Below, one piece after another: positions 25,330 through 38,828 of a DNA stretch of 64,000 bases; the stretch's first letter is position 1; each line of letters opens with the position of its first letter. The stretch is from the NCBI RefSeq assembly GCF_009914755.1, contig NC_060929.1; one strand, 5' to 3'. This DNA is from the human T2T-CHM13v2.0 reference genome, Homo sapiens. The notes under the pieces are model-generated. The model was not told the origin of the DNA and did not search any database. It was given only the letters and a program-made list of their open reading frames with translations. The position numbers and the translations under genes are program-made.

Positions 25330-26193
25330 AGCTTTTAAATGAGTGTTAGGTTTGGCAGAATTCTCTGAACAAAAAACCCAAATAATCATGACATTAAGAA
25401 GACACAGGTTTCCTTTTCCTCTTTCCTGTAAGAGGTCTGGAGATGGGAAGTCCAGGACTCCACACTCACTTTCTCATCCTTGGTGTCACTCATTCATCTT
25501 CAAAATACAGGATGGCTGCTAGGATGCTACTGTCTGTCATGTGCTTGTTTAGAAAGAAAAAAGTGGTTAGTGGTGGAGAGGGCCACAAATGAACACCCTC
25601 CCCAGGGAACTGGCTCCCTTTAAAGAACATTCCCAGAAGCCCCCCTCAATTATTTCCATCCACTTAAGTCTCAGTCCCAGAAACTTGCAGAAAGACTAGT
25701 GCTATGGTTTAAATGTGCCCCCCCCAAAAGTGTGTATTAAAAACTCAATCACCAATGCAACAGCATTGGAGGGAGGGCCTAATGGGAGGTGTTTAGGTCA
25801 TGAGGGCTCCACCCTCTTGAATTGGTTAATGACAATTATGAAAGGGCTTGAGGCTGCAAGTTTGATCTCTTGCTCTCTCTTGTGCATGCTTTCCTGCTCT
25901 TCCTCCTTTATCCATGGGATGATGCCAAGAAGGCCCTCTCCAGATGCTAAGCAGATGCTAGCACCATTCCCTTTGACTTCCTAGGCTCAAGAACCATGAG
26001 CCAAATAAATTTATTTTCTTTATTAATTACCTAGTCTGTGGTATTCTGTTATAGCAACACAAAACAGACTAAGACAACTAGGAAATATAATCTCTTAGCT
26101 GGGCATGTTGCCTCCTTGGATAAAATGAGATTCTGTCAGTAAGAAAGAGGAAAGGATATGCAAACTAAGTGGCCAACTAGCAATTCTCACCAC
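25330..26193 (-). mobile_element. Old MLT1 (J/K-like) LTR interrupted by MSTB
   Basis: AGGATGGCTGCT…TTCCCAGAAGCCCC…CTTGCAGAAAGACTAG|GAAATATAATCTCTTAGCTGGGCATGTTGCC…CACCACA is continuous once the MSTB is removed. Confidence 0.6.
25700..26076 (+). mobile_element. MSTB-type MaLR solo LTR with 5-bp TSD
   Basis: TGCTATGGTTTAAATGTG…GCAACACAAAACAGACTAAGACA; TSD ACTAG at 25695-25699 and 26077-26081. Confidence 0.92.
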
Positions 26194-26475
26194 AATCTGT
26201 TTTTTCAGTAATCTCAGATGGTGAGGGCTAATGTGGCTGTTGTCAACCACAACAGGTAATTTATGTGTATCCTTTCCTCTACTCTGTGTGCTGTGTGGGG
26301 GAAATTGTTAATTCATCCATTAGGCCCCCAAAACTGGCCATATTAAAGAAGAACTCTGTTCAAATAAAGCTGCCAAATGAATACTTATGTTTCCCAACTG
26401 TTTGTCTTTTTATAAAGTTCTTATAAATTTGATAATCCCCTGCTCAGGTTATGGGTTATACCAATGGATTCCCTT

Positions 26476-26898
<423 letters not shown>

Positions 26899-27088
26899 TA
26901 GGAGAAACAGCTTTCATGAAGTGCCAAAAAAAAAAAAAAAAAAAAACGAGACTGAGAAGTATCTCTACTAAAGCAATGTCGTGGGATATTATGGATAACG
27001 CAAAGGTAAACTGATTAGAAATCAGCATCCATAATTTTATATGAAATGGTCAGTGTCAAAGTAGAAAGTTGGTCATGCTAGGAGTTAC

Positions 27089-27154
27089 CTGAGAAAAGTG
27101 TGTATGTATGGTCAGACTGGTCCTCTTCCCAAAATTCAAAATGGGCTAATTCTC
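27089..27154 (-). other. Candidate internal exon, 66 nt
   Basis: Acceptor ctgattttctctattttgttttgcag|G and donor CAG|gtaact in unique sequence; one frame open (ELAHFEFWEEDQSDHTYTLFS). Confidence 0.4.
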
Positions 27155-28199
27155 CTGCAAAACAAAATAGAGAAAATCAGTTTACTGTAATTTACAAGCA
27201 CTACCTGGTGCCAAATGGCTAGAGATAATAATTAATATTAGCTGCCAAGGTCTCAGCAATACTAAGAAAATTGAATTATTACTTTATTGGTCTCTCAAAT
27301 AGGATGATAGGATATTTTTCTAAATCTTTTTGATCCATGGCAGGAAGAATGTTGTTCCATTTGAAAGCACTGCTATTATCAACAATAATGGAAAGGACAG
27401 TAAATGGCACCCAGACCTAGGGCATCTCATCATGACACAATTTTTCACTACATCAGCTCTGTAGCAGGTGCTATGCTGAATGAAGTTTAAGTATGGTTTC
27501 TGCCCTGTGGCCCAGATCCATTTTGCAGTCATTACTCTGTTTTTCAGGACTAAATGGCTGATTGTGTAGTTAGGTTCTTGCCAGTGCATTTATCTACAGC
27601 AGCAGCATCCATTTTCGTGATGAGTAGTATGTACAAAATTGAACAGGAAGAGGAAAAATAAATGAATCACAAAGCCTGTTAGAGGCTCTTGAACATTTGG
27701 CCCAAGTGCTAGTAAATGCTAAAGGGGAACATATTTACTGTAGTAGAGATAGATTAAATGGATTAAATTGGTAGATAATTGGGAAAGGTATGTGGGAAAA
27801 TTGAATGAGTGTAATAGGTAAATAGCATAGTACAAATGGAACAAGTTTCTGATATCTAAATTGGGCACAGCCAAGGCCAGTGCTTACATCACCCAGATGA
27901 AGAGACTGCAATTTGCTAAGGCTAGAGTGTTTTAGCCTGCCACAGACATTTGGTTTGACACATTTTAAACTCAGCAGTGACTTTCAGAAGAAATGCTTTA
28001 GTTAGGCAGAGAAAAGGGATACAGTGCAAGATAATGGGTCTATGAGAAGGCCCAGAGACCATAGACTTATCTGTTCATCTCAGAGGAGAGATACAGAAGA
28101 AGGTGGAGTTTGTGGACATACCATTAGCATTCTGGAATGCTATGATTAGCATCTTGCATAAGCAGGCAGAATCTTTTTAAGCTTTTTTTCATAGCTGTT

Positions 28200-28330
28200 T
28201 TTGCATTCATTCCTTCATTAATTCATTCATTGAACATTTATTTCCTAAGTGCTTCCCACATATAAAATGCTGAAAAGTAAAAAACATTTTTTATTAAAGT
28301 TATGGTCAGTGTTTGAAGGGTGAAGACATT
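28200..28330 (-). mobile_element. L2 3' end fragment
   Basis: CATTCATTCCTTCATTAATTCATTCATTGAACATTTATT…AAGTGCTT is the typical L2 tail. Confidence 0.6.
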
Positions 28331-29771
28331 TATACTTGGGAAGATAAAATATAAAGAACATTCATTTTGCAGGAAATCGGGTGACAAATGGCAGCTAGGT
28401 CATTGGTAATGCTCATTACTTGAGACTTTTTTCCTAGGAAGTGTTTTAAAATATCCTTTGAGGCATGAAACAAAGCATAGGACCTTAAGATTAAGAATTA
28501 CGACCATCAGCTTTCCTTTTTTGTGGTTCATAAACACCTGTCGAACATTTTTTTCCAATTATGTGGCTGACAAAGTAATGATGACTTCATTGTATATTCC
28601 TTATGTTTTAGCACTAGTGGACTTTTCTCACTTTGCAAAAGGTTATCTCCAGTGGAACTGGCTTTTAGTTGAGTGAATATTCTGATTATCTGAGCATTTT
28701 GATATATACATTTGAATTTAATATAATACAGTTAGCCATAAAACTATCCCAGAAATGATATAATCTGATTTGAATTATTAGATACTTCAGGAATTTCCAA
28801 AATAATACATGAAACACAAAACCACTAGACCAACCGAGTAATTATGATGCAGGACTACACATGTGGAAGCTGTGAGAAGTGGAACTAAGCCTATACTAAA
28901 CCTAGAAGATATCCCTAGAAATTATTTTCAAATGAATCTCTGATATTAGCTTATGTTTTGACTCTTTCTCATAGAAACGGAGTGCAGAAAATATAGAAAA
29001 GAAAAGAATATAAGAAGCAAAACCAGGAAAATGAGGAAGAGTGATACTGATGCATTAGATACATCAAGAAAAACTGTGCTGGGATGGTGTATATATAAGC
29101 TTTGTCAAAACTTAAAAGCAAAGGAAGGTCTTGTTTCTTTCTTATCTTTTAACACTACTTTACAACCATGTCAGCTCTCAGCTCTCCCCTAGACTCTTGC
29201 CCTAAGCAATATTATCATTGCCCACAAAGTGGCATCTTCTTTTTTTCCAGCCTTTTTCATAACAACAGAATAACAGTCCTCTCTTCCTCTATCCTTTCTG
29301 TAGTCAGTATGGGGGTTGATACAAGGGCTGATCAAAAAGAGAATGAAGCCATATCAGAAAAGCTATTCTGCTTGCCTAGTAGCTTAAGCTATGGTGGCTG
29401 CTCGGAGAGCTCACTTCTTTGTCCAAAGTATGGATGAAGTTGCCACCATCTTAAATTACAGATTTTGAAGTTTGATTTTTAGTAATAGGGGCATATTGTA
29501 AATTCTAGGAATGGCTGAAACATTTCCTAAATTTGCAATGCCAAATACAGTGTTTAAAAATTTTGTATTTTTAAAATTATCATACGGCAAAATTTACTTT
29601 TTGGTGTACAATATTACAATTTTAACACATATAGATTTGTATAATCACTACTGTAATCAGGATATAGAACAGTTTCAACAACCCTACAAAAGTGCCCCTA
29701 TGTTATCCCTTTATCATTACACTCTCTCCCAATCCATGACCAATGGCAACCACTGATTTCCATCACTATAG

Positions 29772-30072
<301 letters not shown>

Positions 30073-30667
30073 AATGTAACATAAATAAAATTAGTGAGAA
30101 TGTAGTACAAATAAAATCAAAGAGTATATACACTTTTGAGATTGGCTTCTTTCACTTAACACTATGTCTTCGAGATTCATTCATGTATCAGCAGTTGATC
30201 CATTTTAATTGTGAGTAGTATTCCATTATAAGGATGTACCACTCCATACTGTCCATTCTTTTGTTGAAGAACATTTGGGTTGCTTTCAGTTTTTGGCTAT
30301 TACATATAAAGCTGCTACAATCATGTACAAATTTTCGTGTGAACATAGTTTCCATTTTTCCAGGAATATGATTGCTGTGTTAGATAGTAAGTGCATGCAT
30401 GCTTACCTGCCAAACTCTTTTTTCCAGAGTGAGTATGCCAGTATGTATCAGCAATGGATGAGAGTTTTGGTTTCCTTGCACTTTGCTAGCACTTGGTGTT
30501 ATCAGTATCTTTTATTTTAGCCATTCTAATAAATGTGTAGTGGTATCTCATTGTGATTGTAATTTGCATTTCCCTAATGGTCAATAATGTTGTATGTTTT
30601 TTCAAGTGCTTAACTGCCATCCTTACATCCTCTTTGGTCCTTTACCCACTTTTAAATTGGGGTGTTA

Positions 30668-31045
30668 TTTATTTTTAAATTGACAATCATATTTAATTAT
30701 TGGGTGCAATGTGATGTAATTATACATGTATACATTATAGAATGTTTAAATCAGGCTAATTAACATACCTATCAACTCACATACTTACCCTTTATTTCTG
30801 GGGAAAACAATTAAAATCTAGCAATTTTGAAATATATAATACGTAATTATTAACTATAGTCACCATCCTGTGCCATAGAATACCAAAATTTAATCATCCT
30901 AACTGAAATTTTGTACCCTTTGACTGATATTTCCCTTTTCCTGTCCATCTCCCACCCTCAGCCTCTTGTAACCACCATCCTACTCTCTACTTCTATGAGT
31001 TTGAATTTTTAGGTCCCACATATAAGTGAGATAATGTGGTATTTG
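30668..31045 (-). mobile_element. L1MA (MA8-10-like) 3' end nested in the older L1
   Basis: AAATCAGGCTAATTAACATA…TATTAACTATAGTCACCAT…CCACATATAAGTGAGATAATGTGGTATTTG. Confidence 0.85.
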
Positions 31046-32654
31046 CTGAATTTTGAGTTCTTTATATTCTGAATACAAGTCCTTTGTTGTTTTTTGTGAT
31101 TTGAAAATATTTTATCTCAGTCTGTAGTTTTATTCTCTTGACAGTGTTTTTTGGCCATAACAGTTTTTAATTTCAATGAAGTCCTATTTATCAATTTATA
31201 TTTTTATGGACTGTGCTTTTTGTTTCATTTCTAAGAACTTTTTGCCTAACTGCAAGCCATGAATATTTATGCCTATTTTTTTAGAAGTTTTATAATTTTA
31301 CATTTAGATATTTGTTCATTTTGAGTTAATCTGTGTATAAAGTATAAAATTTAGATATAGGTTCAATTTTTGCATATGGTACCATTTTTCTAACAACATA
31401 TCTAAATTATCCTATCTCATTGAATTGCTTTTATACCTTTGTCAAAATCAAATGACCATATTTGTGTAGATCTATTCCTGAACTCTCTATTATTCTGTGC
31501 ATTAACCCATATGTCTATCCCTTCATTAAGACCACATTCTGTTGATTACTATAGCTTTATAGTACGTCTTAATATTGGATAGTGTGATTTGTACAATTTT
31601 GTTTTCTTTTTCATTTTTTTTCTAGTTTATCTGCCTTTCTATATACATTTTAGAATCAGTCTGTCTATACCTATATAAAATTCTCCTGGAATTTTGGTAG
31701 GAATTGCATTAAATCTTTAAGTCACTTTGGGGACAATTGATTATGTTAGGCTTCCTAATCCATAAACATGGTATACCTTGAAATCAAAGGTCTTCTTTGA
31801 TTTGTTTAATCAACATTTTGTGTTTAACATGCAAGCCCTGACCATATTTTTAAGTTTTTAATATTTTGTATCTAAGTTTTTAATATTTTGATCTGATTAT
31901 AAATGGTAACATATTTAATTTTTGTTTTTTAATTGTTTACTGATTGTATATAGAAATAGAATTGATTTTTGTGTGTTGACCCCATAACACATAACCTTGC
32001 TAAATGCACTTATTAGTGGTACATGGAAAATTTTTAAAGATACTGTTACGAATTAGCATAAGAAGATGCCCTGAGAAAAAGAATAAGGGGGAATTTGTTC
32101 AGAGGAGTCCAAGCCCTCACTAGAGGAATCTCACTGAGTGTTCTTTATACACAAAAAATTGGAAATCTCAAAAGGGACAGGCTTTTCTAAGCAGTGAATG
32201 TCTTTTCCCCCAAGTTTTCCTTCTGTTTCTCTCCTATTCAATAAATTTGATTATATAATTGTCAGTCATTTTTACATGCAAATATTGGAATTGTGTAAGA
32301 TTTTTTTTCTTTGCCCAAGAATATATCACATGGGTTTATACTTGATTCATTCCATCAATAAAAAGAGTATGGTTCAAGGATAATTTGGGGTTGTCTCACC
32401 CCTATGTTTAAGTTCTTCACAGCTTCTTTTTCCCAGGTTCTTATATGTTAATTTTCCTATTCTGTCTTTCATCTAGAAAAAGATTTAGTTTAATAATATC
32501 ATACCTACTTTATTATTTAATAGTATATCACTTAGTTGGATGAGACAGGAGTTTATAGTTTGTAAAGGTATAACCCTGTAATGCCATTTAGTTTCTTGCC
32601 CCAATTTCTAGCAGCTTGGGATAATGTATCTATTACATTAAAATAGCTATACAC

Positions 32655-32755
32655 CCTTCTCCCTCCCTCCCTTCTTCCATCCCTCCTTCCCTCCCTGCCT
32701 CCCTCCCTTCCTTCCACCCTCCTTCCCTCCCTCACTCTCTCTTTTCTTTTTTTTG
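32655..32755. repeat. CT-rich simple repeat (CCCT/CCTT)
   Basis: Direct inspection. Confidence 0.85.
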
Positions 32756-33589
32756 CTGAAAAATCTCCAGAGAAAAATCTCTCATTCTTGAGTGATGCAC
32801 TCCATTGTCTAAAGACTCAGTAAAAGAAGAAAACAGATGGTTAGTCTTCTCCAACATTAGCTTTACAAAAAGAATGCCACTGGTGTTTGCACCAGCAGCA
32901 AAGTAAACTGACCCTCAGTTATCCATTGTGAACTTTTATTGGGCTCAGCAAAGCACATTGCACATTAAGGTGGCCATGTACTAAAAAGTAAACTACACAG
33001 ATATTTCTGAAACAAAAAAAAAACAAATAAACAAACCAGCACTGCTAGATGTAATTGGTAAATTCAAATAAAATAAACATGTGCAATCAAAGTGAAATTA
33101 ACATTTTAATTTTATCAAATTTTGTAGAAACACTCAATGCTGGAAAATATATATATTTTTCTCAGAATATAAAGAATACTAACTTACCTTTACATAAGTG
33201 TATTTAACTTGCCACTAAATTATATGTATTGTACGCCCTTCACAATTGTGCCTTTTTTGTTATGGGTCTTACCTGAGTGAATATTCTCTATCACCATCAT
33301 ACATTTGAAATTAGAAAACCGAACCAGGCCCCAACCCCAACCTCACCCAATAATAATGTCTTATTATTGAACAGTTTTAATATTTAATGAATATTTGAAA
33401 ATGTCAGTCATGATGAAACAAAATTGATTTGACTCTATTTCAAGTGTCAATATTCAATGAGAAGTGATAATTAGATATCAGACTTAAATATAATTATTAG
33501 TCACTAGCAACCTGTCCATATTCCTTTTTTCTTTTGCTAGTTAGATAATTTCAACATCTAACACTGCCAGCAGCATGAATATGTTTAAC

Positions 33590-33750
33590 TAAATTCCATT
33601 AATACAAAAAATTTATTTAGCACCAACTGTGTACTTGGCACTATTTTGTGATCATCATTGCTCAAAGATGAACAAAGATTTCTCTCTTCAAGGAGCATAC
33701 ATGAGTGTAAGAGTGATAAAACAAATAATCAAATGAATATTGTATATGTA
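33590..33750 (-). mobile_element. L2 fragment
   Basis: ATTTATTTAGCACCAACTGTGTACTTGGCACT…AAAGATGAACAAAG…CTTCAAGGAGC. Confidence 0.6.
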
Positions 33751-33759
33751 AAATAAATT

Positions 33760-33990
33760 CTAGTTTACAGTTATTGAACCTATTATTTGTTAGGCACTAT
33801 ACTATGTTTCATGTATTTCAAGTCATTCAGTGTCATAAAGAGTTTACATGGTAGAGATTATTAATATATAAAATTTTTCATATGAGGAACTTGAAGCTCA
33901 GGAATATAAATAACTTGCCCACAGTCATACAACTAGAAGAACAGAAATTCTACCCCACGATATCTGACATCTTTGTTCTTGACCTGACAC
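33760..33990 (-). mobile_element. MIR SINE
   Basis: TTTTTCATATGAGGAACTTGAAGCTCAGG…AATAACTTGCCCACAGTCATACAACTAG antisense core. Confidence 0.75.
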
Positions 33991-34399
33991 TTTAAGCATG
34001 AACCTTTTACCTATCGACCCTTTTATGGTTTGTAAAGGCATAACCCAGTAATCCTTAATGAAACACCACAAATGTAGTTATGTGTGATAGGGTATCAGTC
34101 ATTATGTAAGAATTTAAAAGTTGTCATTATTAATCTCCTTGAATCTATGGATTTTTATAGTTCTTCCTAAAACTCTACCTCATGACAACTTTGTCCTCAG
34201 AAAGAAGTTAGTAGTTTCTTCCAACGTGCCACTACAGCTGCAGTTTTGAATAAAATGTTTATTGCCATTTTCTTCCATTTCAATTTCACCTTTAACCAAA
34301 GAGTTACATAGAAGTGCATTTTGGGTTTTTAAATATATTAATAAATTATCTTTTAATTATCATTCATCTTAATTACATTGTCAAGTATAGTCTTTATTA

Positions 34400-34900
34400 T
34401 ACAGATGATTTGACATTTGAGAGATTTGTTTTGTGGCTTAGTTTGTCATCAATTTTTATAAGATTTCCTCATGAATGGAGAAAAATTATTGTGATAATTG
34501 GGTGCAATATTCTAAAGATAAAGATGTATATGTCTTGTTAATTTTTAATTTAAATCTTCTACAGTACAAGTGTTTTTTGTCTGATAGAGGGCTTAAAATA
34601 TCCTACTCTGATATTGTAAATTTGTTAATTGCTCATTATTCTGTCAGTTTCTAGCCAATTAATATTGAGACTTTATCATTTGTAGCAAATAAGCTCATAC
34701 ATGTTAGAATTCCTTGGTGACATAGTTATTTTATTATTGTAAAGTATTCCTCTTGATCTTTACTATTTTTGCCTTAAATTCTACTTTATCTCCCTTTATT
34801 TTGCCACAATAGCTATTTTCCATACCTTTGTTTTCAGCATTTCTGAAATATAAGCAGAATTTAGCTGCATTTTAATCTGCCTATATCTTTTGGGGGGATT
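34400..34900 (-). mobile_element. Very old L1 ORF2 5' (EN-region) fragment
   Basis: TTGGGTGCAATATTCTA…TTAAAATATCCTACT…TTTTGCCTTAAATTCTACTTTATCT resembles antisense L1M; highly diverged. Confidence 0.55.
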
Positions 34901-35026
34901 TTATTTGTATATTTCCCCCATCGTTGCTATTTGTTGGGAGCAGAAGGTCGGCATCAGAGGGCTAACTTTCAGCTCTACTTGGCTAGAAGTCTTCTGTTGG
35001 GCTTTTGATGGTAGCTGGAAGTCAAG

Positions 35027-35273
35027 TATTCCACGTTACGCATCCCCAAAGAGCTGGTATTCTATGTTACTGGCCCCCAGTGTGCTGACATTCCATGTTA
35101 CTGACTCTCAGAAAACTAGTGTTCGGTGTTATTGACCCCTAGAATCCTGGTATGCCATTATTGCCCCTTAGTCTGTTTACATTACATGTTATACATCCAT
35201 ACAGCACTGGCTGTTCATGTTACCCAACCCCAGAGCACTGGCCTTCCACGTTACCAGTCCCAATGAACACTGG
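35027..35273. repeat. Degenerate ~31-bp tandem repeat, 8 units
   Basis: Units share the consensus yATTCCAyGTTACy(g/c)AcCCcAGAgcaCTGG, e.g. TATTCCACGTTACGCATCCCCAAAGAGCTGG / TATTCTATGTTACTGGCCCCCAGTGTGCTGA / CATTCCATGTTACTGACTCTCAGAAAACTAG. Confidence 0.85.
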
Positions 35274-35624
35274 CAACCACAAGGTCTCGTGGTGCAGTTG
35301 AACAAAAGGTTATCCTACCACTTCATGGCACTGGATTTGTAGAGGTCCCTGTAGAGAGAACGAGGGCTTTCCTGAAAATTTAGGGAGTTTGATTTGTAAA
35401 GTGTGGCTGACAGAATGTAGCCAGTAATTTTTTTTTTCTAATAAATAGGAGAAAAACCAATAACCTAGAACGAGGGAAAAATCATAACTGTACATGTCAC
35501 CAAATGTAATTTTTTCAAAAGTCAAGTATAATGCAACCTGGAAACAAACACAGAATTAGCTTATTTAGAAAAAGCAAATGTACCAGTAGAGAAAACAAAT
35601 GAATTGTAACCAGGAATGACTTAC

Positions 35625-35685
35625 CTTACGAGACAATTTAAGATCACTTAAGGAACCTATGCCTTGGTACTTTTCTCAGGAAGAA
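35625..35685 (-). other. Candidate non-coding exon, 61 nt
   Basis: Acceptor cactaacatttactttcag| with a CTAAC branch-like motif; consensus donor AAG|gtaagt; stops in all three frames. Confidence 0.4.
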
Positions 35686-37759
35686 CTGAAAGTAAATGTT
35701 AGTGGTCTCCATAAAAGTTCTGCTTCATCGTTTGGCATCTTGAGAATTTACCCTGATGGCTGCGTGAGAGAAGCTGTCCAACCCTATTAATCACTTCTCG
35801 ACCCAGTTTGCAATGATTACATTTTTAATATTTAAGGAAGTTTTCTAATTATAGCCTCCTGGCTTGATTGATGCAGAAGCATGGAAGTAAATCAAGTCAG
35901 CATGGTAACTCCATCCCAGGGCATGCTTAACCGAAAGTATCTTGTGAAGAACTCAATGTTCTCTTCTGTCTAATGTGCAACAGCATATGTGAAATGGAAC
36001 AACTGTTAATGAGCACAAAAGTTTATTAAATACGAGTACTGTTTTAAATACGAAAGTGGATCTAGGGATATTAGGTTTCCAATGTTAATATCCATGTAAG
36101 TACTTGTATGAAAGTATTTCTAGGTCAAATTAGTACATGCAGCATACTTTGTGATGTTTTAAAGATCAGTGTAAATGTCAGTAAACAAAACAGCAGAAAA
36201 GGCAAGGCACAGTTCTGTAATGATTCTAAATTATCCAAACTGGATGATGTTTGTTACTCATTCTAGTATCTTTTAAATTGAAATCTCGAGGGCAATATAA
36301 TGACCTCCTCACATCAATGGCTTCCTAGTTATATGGTCTTTTTCTATATCAGCAAGGGAAATCTTCTCATTTCAGTTTAAACCAGTGAGTCTCAATGTGC
36401 CTCAAATTTACTTACATTAAAAATTAGGTAAAATTAGGAAAATATAGTAAGTTTTTAATTTCTAAATTACTTCCTTGTTTATATATTCAGGTTATATATG
36501 TTTCTTACTTTTGGGGTGTTCAAAATAATTTTGAAAAATAGTAAAATGAAGACAGTACTTGGAAATTTTTAATGGGCTTTCTTAGCATAAACAATAACTT
36601 ATGAAACTCTGCAGAATTTTTTTTCTAATTTTCTGGTATTGTGAAATTTAAAACCCTGGAATCATTGACTCAAGTCATTCTTTGGGAACAAAAGTAGTTA
36701 TTTCAGAGAGTAAGCAGATTAAGTGGTATTTTTAAGACTGGAAATGGTATTTCCAACATTCTTATGGAATAAAAAGTGGCGTTTGATTAAAGTATACTTG
36801 ATTTGAGTACACTGAAAGTGTTTTGTAGCTCTCCCCTCATCTACCCACTAGTTGTGCTCAAACAAAAAAGGAGCAGATAAATGGGCCTAAAAGGAATTTA
36901 AGCCAACGCAAAGCACTTAAGTCTTCAGAAGAAAAATCAGTATTACGTCATTTCCAAGGCAGTAAAAATGGAAGACTTTGAAGTGGCTGTGCCCTCAAGC
37001 ATTTCTTGTGCTTGCTTATACCATGGGTAGTCTCTCTGAGATGATTCAGTTTGCCTTATGAGAAAAATATGTATGAAAAATTTGATACACTTGTCCAAGT
37101 TGACAATTCACTCTCTTTGGAGGAATCAAGAAGTAGAACTCTTTAGCCATTATGAGGAAACACACACACTCAGTTCACATTTATTTTAAATGCAAATGTA
37201 CTGTAAATGAATGAGCACACACATAGGCACATCACACACATTGATTCTTTTATAAATTTGCATTTCTCTCCACATGTTGGCAAAATCCTTTACCTACTGG
37301 GGCTGAGAAACAACATCTTAGCTTTGGTGCTGGTCCTGGTTTGAGCCATCCTCTGCATCCTGCCGGTCCTCACTGGGCTGCTTTTCCTATGATAGTAATG
37401 TCTCTTCTGTGAGGATGTTGATGACTAGAGCTTTTCAAGTCAATGTTTTTAGCCTTGCTACCATGGCTGCTCTAGTTATGACTACTTTTTATCATTCATC
37501 TTCTTTGTGCATCTCATATGTTTGTATATTTGGATAGTTTGAAAAAGATGTATAATCATCTTTTTGTCAGATAGCTTTTACACATGGTGATCAATGCTGG
37601 GTCACCTTCCTGTACTTTGCTAAACAGTTTTCTCTTCTCCAGCTGTACTTGGAATCTGTTTCCCTAGACTATACTTTCTCTTGGGCATCTTGGATTCCAA
37701 GTCAAGAAGAGTCAGATTTCCTTGTCCTTTAAAAACATGGTGCCCTCACTGGGTCCATT

Positions 37760-37931
37760 TTTTTTTGTTTTGTTTTTTTTTTGAGACAGAGTCTCACTTT
37801 GTTGCCTGGATTGGAATGCAGTGGTGCAATCTTGGCTCACTGCAACCTCTGCCTCCCAGGTTCAAGCAATGACCATGCCTCACCCTCCTGAGTAGCTGGG
37901 ATTACAGGTGTGTGCCATCATCACCCGGATA

Positions 37932-37966
<35 letters not shown>

Positions 37967-38085
37967 GTAGAGACAGGTTTTCACCATGTTGGCCAGGCTG
38001 GTCTCAAATTCCTAACCTCAGGTGATCTGCTTGCCTTGGCTTCCCAAAATGCTGGGATTACAGGCATGAGCCACTGTGCCCAGCC
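37760..38085 (-). mobile_element. Full-length AluS with expanded middle A-rich linker
   Basis: Antisense dimer; T31 at 37935-37965 in the linker; short flanking repeat TCCATT. Confidence 0.95.
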
Positions 38086-38529
38086 TCCATTACCTTTTAA
38101 GAGACCTCCCTGACCATTCATGATTCCTCTGTTAACACCAGCCACATGTATTGGTAGCTGCAAAGACTATACTGTATGTTACTTCATGGATTGTTTTCTA
38201 GATTCTAAGGTCTTTATGATTCCTCTAGGAACTGACAGTTATTTGCCACTGTGATTTGAGAAGAGGTAGACTGTGGTAAAGCTCTTCCAAATGAATTGTT
38301 TTCTAGGAAAGAACAGATCTCCCTAGCATCATGTTTGTACTATTTCCTTTTTAACTATATCAGTCCTTCATCCCATGGAGCTTCTGTGCAAGAGCTGCGA
38401 CTTATATTCTAATTCTCTATCCTAGGATAAAAGTCTTTCTGTGCACTTTTAACTCTACTATTGTACTAAGACTGACAAGATCTTCAGAAATTTTTTTTCA
38501 TGTTTGAAGACGCTTGCTTAGATTTGCCT

Positions 38530-38828
38530 TTTTTTCCTTTTTGTCCAAATTTATGGGGTACAAATCTGTGCAATGTATTACATGCAAGATTGTGTAGTGA
38601 TCAAGTCAGGGCTTTTATGGTGTACATCATACCCATTAACCAATTTCTCATCATCCTCCCCTCTCCTACTCTCTTACCCTTGTGAGTTTCCATTATCTAT
38701 CATTCCACTGTTTACATACATATGAACACATTTTTCACCATGCTCTTATGAGTGAGAACACGTGTTATTTTTCTTTCTGTGCCTGGCTTGTTTCACTTGA
38801 GATAGTGACCTTCACTTCCACCCATGTT
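38530..38828 (-). mobile_element. L1MA (MA2-4-like) 3' end
   Basis: AATTTATGGGGTACA…GTAGTGATCAAGTCAGGGCTTTTA…TTATGAGTGAGAACA…CTGTGCCTGGCTTGTTTCACTT. Confidence 0.85.

Noticed and set aside
26926-26946. Isolated A21 run
   Set aside because: No retroposon body, polyA signal or TSD; treated as a simple homopolymer.
31851-31893. Short local duplications (also near 1022, 18220, 39027 and 51649)
   Set aside because: Ordinary replication-slippage products with no sign of function.
35027-35273. CRISPR-like appearance of the 31-bp array
   Set aside because: The units are degenerate and contiguous with no unique spacers, there are no cas genes, and the DNA is primate nuclear sequence.
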